Source: Trichoplax sp. H2
Lineage: Eukaryota
Direction of reading: 5' to 3'
Assembly: GCA_003344405.1 (NCBI GenBank)
Contig: NOWV01000209.1
Coordinates: forward strand, 107,656-127,655
Length of the DNA stretch: 20,000 nt
In this document: piece by piece, positions 18,572 to 20,000 of the stretch
Layout: each line of letters begins with the position of its first letter
How positions within the stretch are numbered: the stretch's first letter is position 1
Position numbers and translations under genes: made by a program
The notes under the pieces: generated by a model
Database searches by the model: none
The model's input: the letters and a program-made list of their open reading frames with translations, nothing else
What the model was told of the DNA's origin: nothing

Positions 18572-19275
18572 ACACTTGTGCAAAAGCATTTTTCCACCGT
18601 GTTGCCAGTCACTACAGTGTAGAATAGAGTGATGGCAAGTTTGCAATAGTTATGGCACTTGTGCAAAAGCATTTTCCATACTGTTGACAGTCACTACAGT
18701 GTGGAATAGAGTGATGGGAAGTTTGCGCTTGCGCTTCCATGCTGTAGGATGAAAAGCGGAAAAAGCATTTTTCCATACTGTGGATAGTGACTACAGTGTA
18801 CAGTGTACAGTACGATGGAGTGATGGTCACAGTTACTACAGTGTACAGTACAATCACTACTAAGCATTTTTCCATGCTGTGGACAGTGACTACAGTGTAC
18901 ACACTTGTCCAAGCGGTTTTTTCCATACTGTGGACAGTGACTACAGTGTACAGTACAGTTTTCCAAGAGCATTTTTCCATACAGTACTGTACTGTGGACA
19001 TTGACTACAGTGTATAGTACATTTGTCCAAGCGGTTTTTTCCATACAGTACAGTACACTGTGGACAGTGACTACAGTGTACAGTACACTTTTTCAAGAGC
19101 ATTTTTCCATACTGTGGACAATCACTACAGTGTACGTACTGTACTGTACACTTGTCCAAGCGCATTTTTCCATACAGTACTGTGGACAGTGGCTACAGTG
19201 TACAGTACAATCACTACAGTGCAGAATACTGTGATAGCAAGTTTGCGCTTGCCAGTCCATGCTGTACGATGAAGC
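18572..19275. repeat. Irregular tandem array (~9 units, 50-100 bp), core AAGCATTTTTCCATACTGTGGACAGTGACTACAGTGTA
   Basis: The core is seen about nine times between 18583 and 19205. Copies differ by 5-bp CAGTA/CTGTA insertions at TA sites. Confidence 0.92.
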
Positions 19276-19362
19276 CGATGATCCAGTACGGTACGGTACG
19301 GTATGGTACCGTACGGTTGGCGGACCAATGGACGACGGCCGCCATTTTTTTCCAGTCACGGC

Positions 19363-19405
19363 CGCCTTGAACGTCACCCGTTCAAGGCGATCACGTGCTT
19401 TCTAG
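19363..19405 (+). mobile_element. GC-rich 11-bp hairpin followed by CTAG; possible Helitron-type 3' terminus
   Basis: CGCCTTGAACG-TCACC-CGTTCAAGGCG (19363-19389), then 12 nt, then CTAG (19402-19405). The base after CTAG is C rather than the canonical T. Confidence 0.3.
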
Positions 19406-19632
19406 CGTTGTTTTGTTGGGCCCGTTTGGGTCCGGTTGGGTTCGCCTGGCCCAGTTGACTGACTGACTGACTCGGGTGTTGCATGATAGGCGATAGAGGG
19501 AGAAGAAGGCGCGCACAAACTGGACAAGAAGGTCGAGAAGAAATTGGATTTTCAGTCAGCAATTAAGGTCTTGGATTGATTCTTTTCCCATACTTGTTCT
19601 CTCCTTTCTTTCATCATCGTGGCTTGGCATAG

Positions 19633-20000
19633 ATGGTGATGCCAGCCACTTCTGTTGGCGAGAAAATGCCCATGGACGGGCATGACGGCGATGCAAGTGA
19701 CAGTCACGATGGCGGTCGCCATGACCAAGGATTTCTGTGTGATGGCGAGAAGAACAACATGGCTACCACAGCAGCAGCAGCAGCTGCAGTAGTCGACAAG
19801 GATGATGCCAAGTGGATGGATTCCCATGCCCATTTACAATGGATTCAACATCATCAACAGGCATTACGCCAACGTCAAGAGAAATTAGACGATCGAAGAG
19901 TGCAATTAGTCCAACGTTGTCGACAAATTCAATCCACTCAAATGATGCAACATGCCCAAGATGAATTGGCTCAAGTCATGCAACAACATGGCTATCAAGC
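19633..20000 (+). CDS. 5' part of an uncharacterised D/H/Q-rich protein with poly-Ala tract and predicted coiled coil (runs off window)
   Basis: Stop-free frame from ATG 19633 to the window end (122 codons): MVMPATSVGEKMPMDGHDGDASDSHDGGRHDQGFLCDGEKNNMATTAAAAAAVVDKDDAKWMDSHAHLQWIQHHQQALRQRQEKLDDRRVQLVQRCRQIQSTQMMQHAQDELAQVMQQHGYQ. Strong CAA/GAT codon use. It is absent from the ORF track, probably because no stop is reached. Confidence 0.65.
   Translation, partial: MVMPATSVGEKMPMDGHDGDASDSHDGGRHDQGFLCDGEKNNMATTAAAAAAVVDKDDAKWMDSHAHLQWIQHHQQALRQRQEKLDDRRVQLVQRCRQIQSTQMMQHAQDELAQVMQQHGYQ

Noticed and set aside
18572..19275. CRISPR-like appearance (conserved core plus variable intervening sequence)
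   Set aside because: The intervening segments are related to one another rather than unique spacers, the cores vary in length, no cas genes are present and the context is eukaryotic.
18340..19377. Many overlapping ORFs on both strands with repeated TVHCSHCPQYGK / YTVVTVHSMEK (CxxC, zinc-finger-like)
   Set aside because: These are translations of the tandem array. The 5-bp indels shift frames between units and all frames look equally open.

Overview
Eukaryotic, AT-rich genomic DNA, probably animal for positions 1 to ~16.6 kb; the taxon cannot be fixed from sequence alone. The one clear gene is an intronless 716-aa ADAM10/ADAM17-type protein (8308-10458, +). It has lost its zinc-binding motif, Met-turn and apparently its cysteine switch, so it looks like a pseudoprotease, and it ends in two hydrophobic helices. 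A decayed tandem duplicate of that locus lies at ~680-1460: it keeps the upstream repeats and the 3' end of the CDS but has lost the middle. Between them is a small intronless ORF (5093/5153-5626) with a divergent GIY-YIG nuclease-like motif pattern and a canonical TATA box. The rest is rich in local repeats: three arrays with higher-order structure, a foldback element wrapped around one of them, several direct duplications, and two ~96-nt hairpins whose mismatches are mostly G:U on the + strand. After ~16.6-17.6 kb the sequence becomes visibly more GC-rich and changes style. This part holds a ~50-100-bp-unit array with 5-bp TA-CAG-TA/TA-CTG-TA expansions resembling Tc1/mariner footprints, a Helitron-like hairpin+CTAG, and the start of a Q/H/D-rich ORF running off the window end. 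No rRNA, tRNA or CRISPR array was seen.
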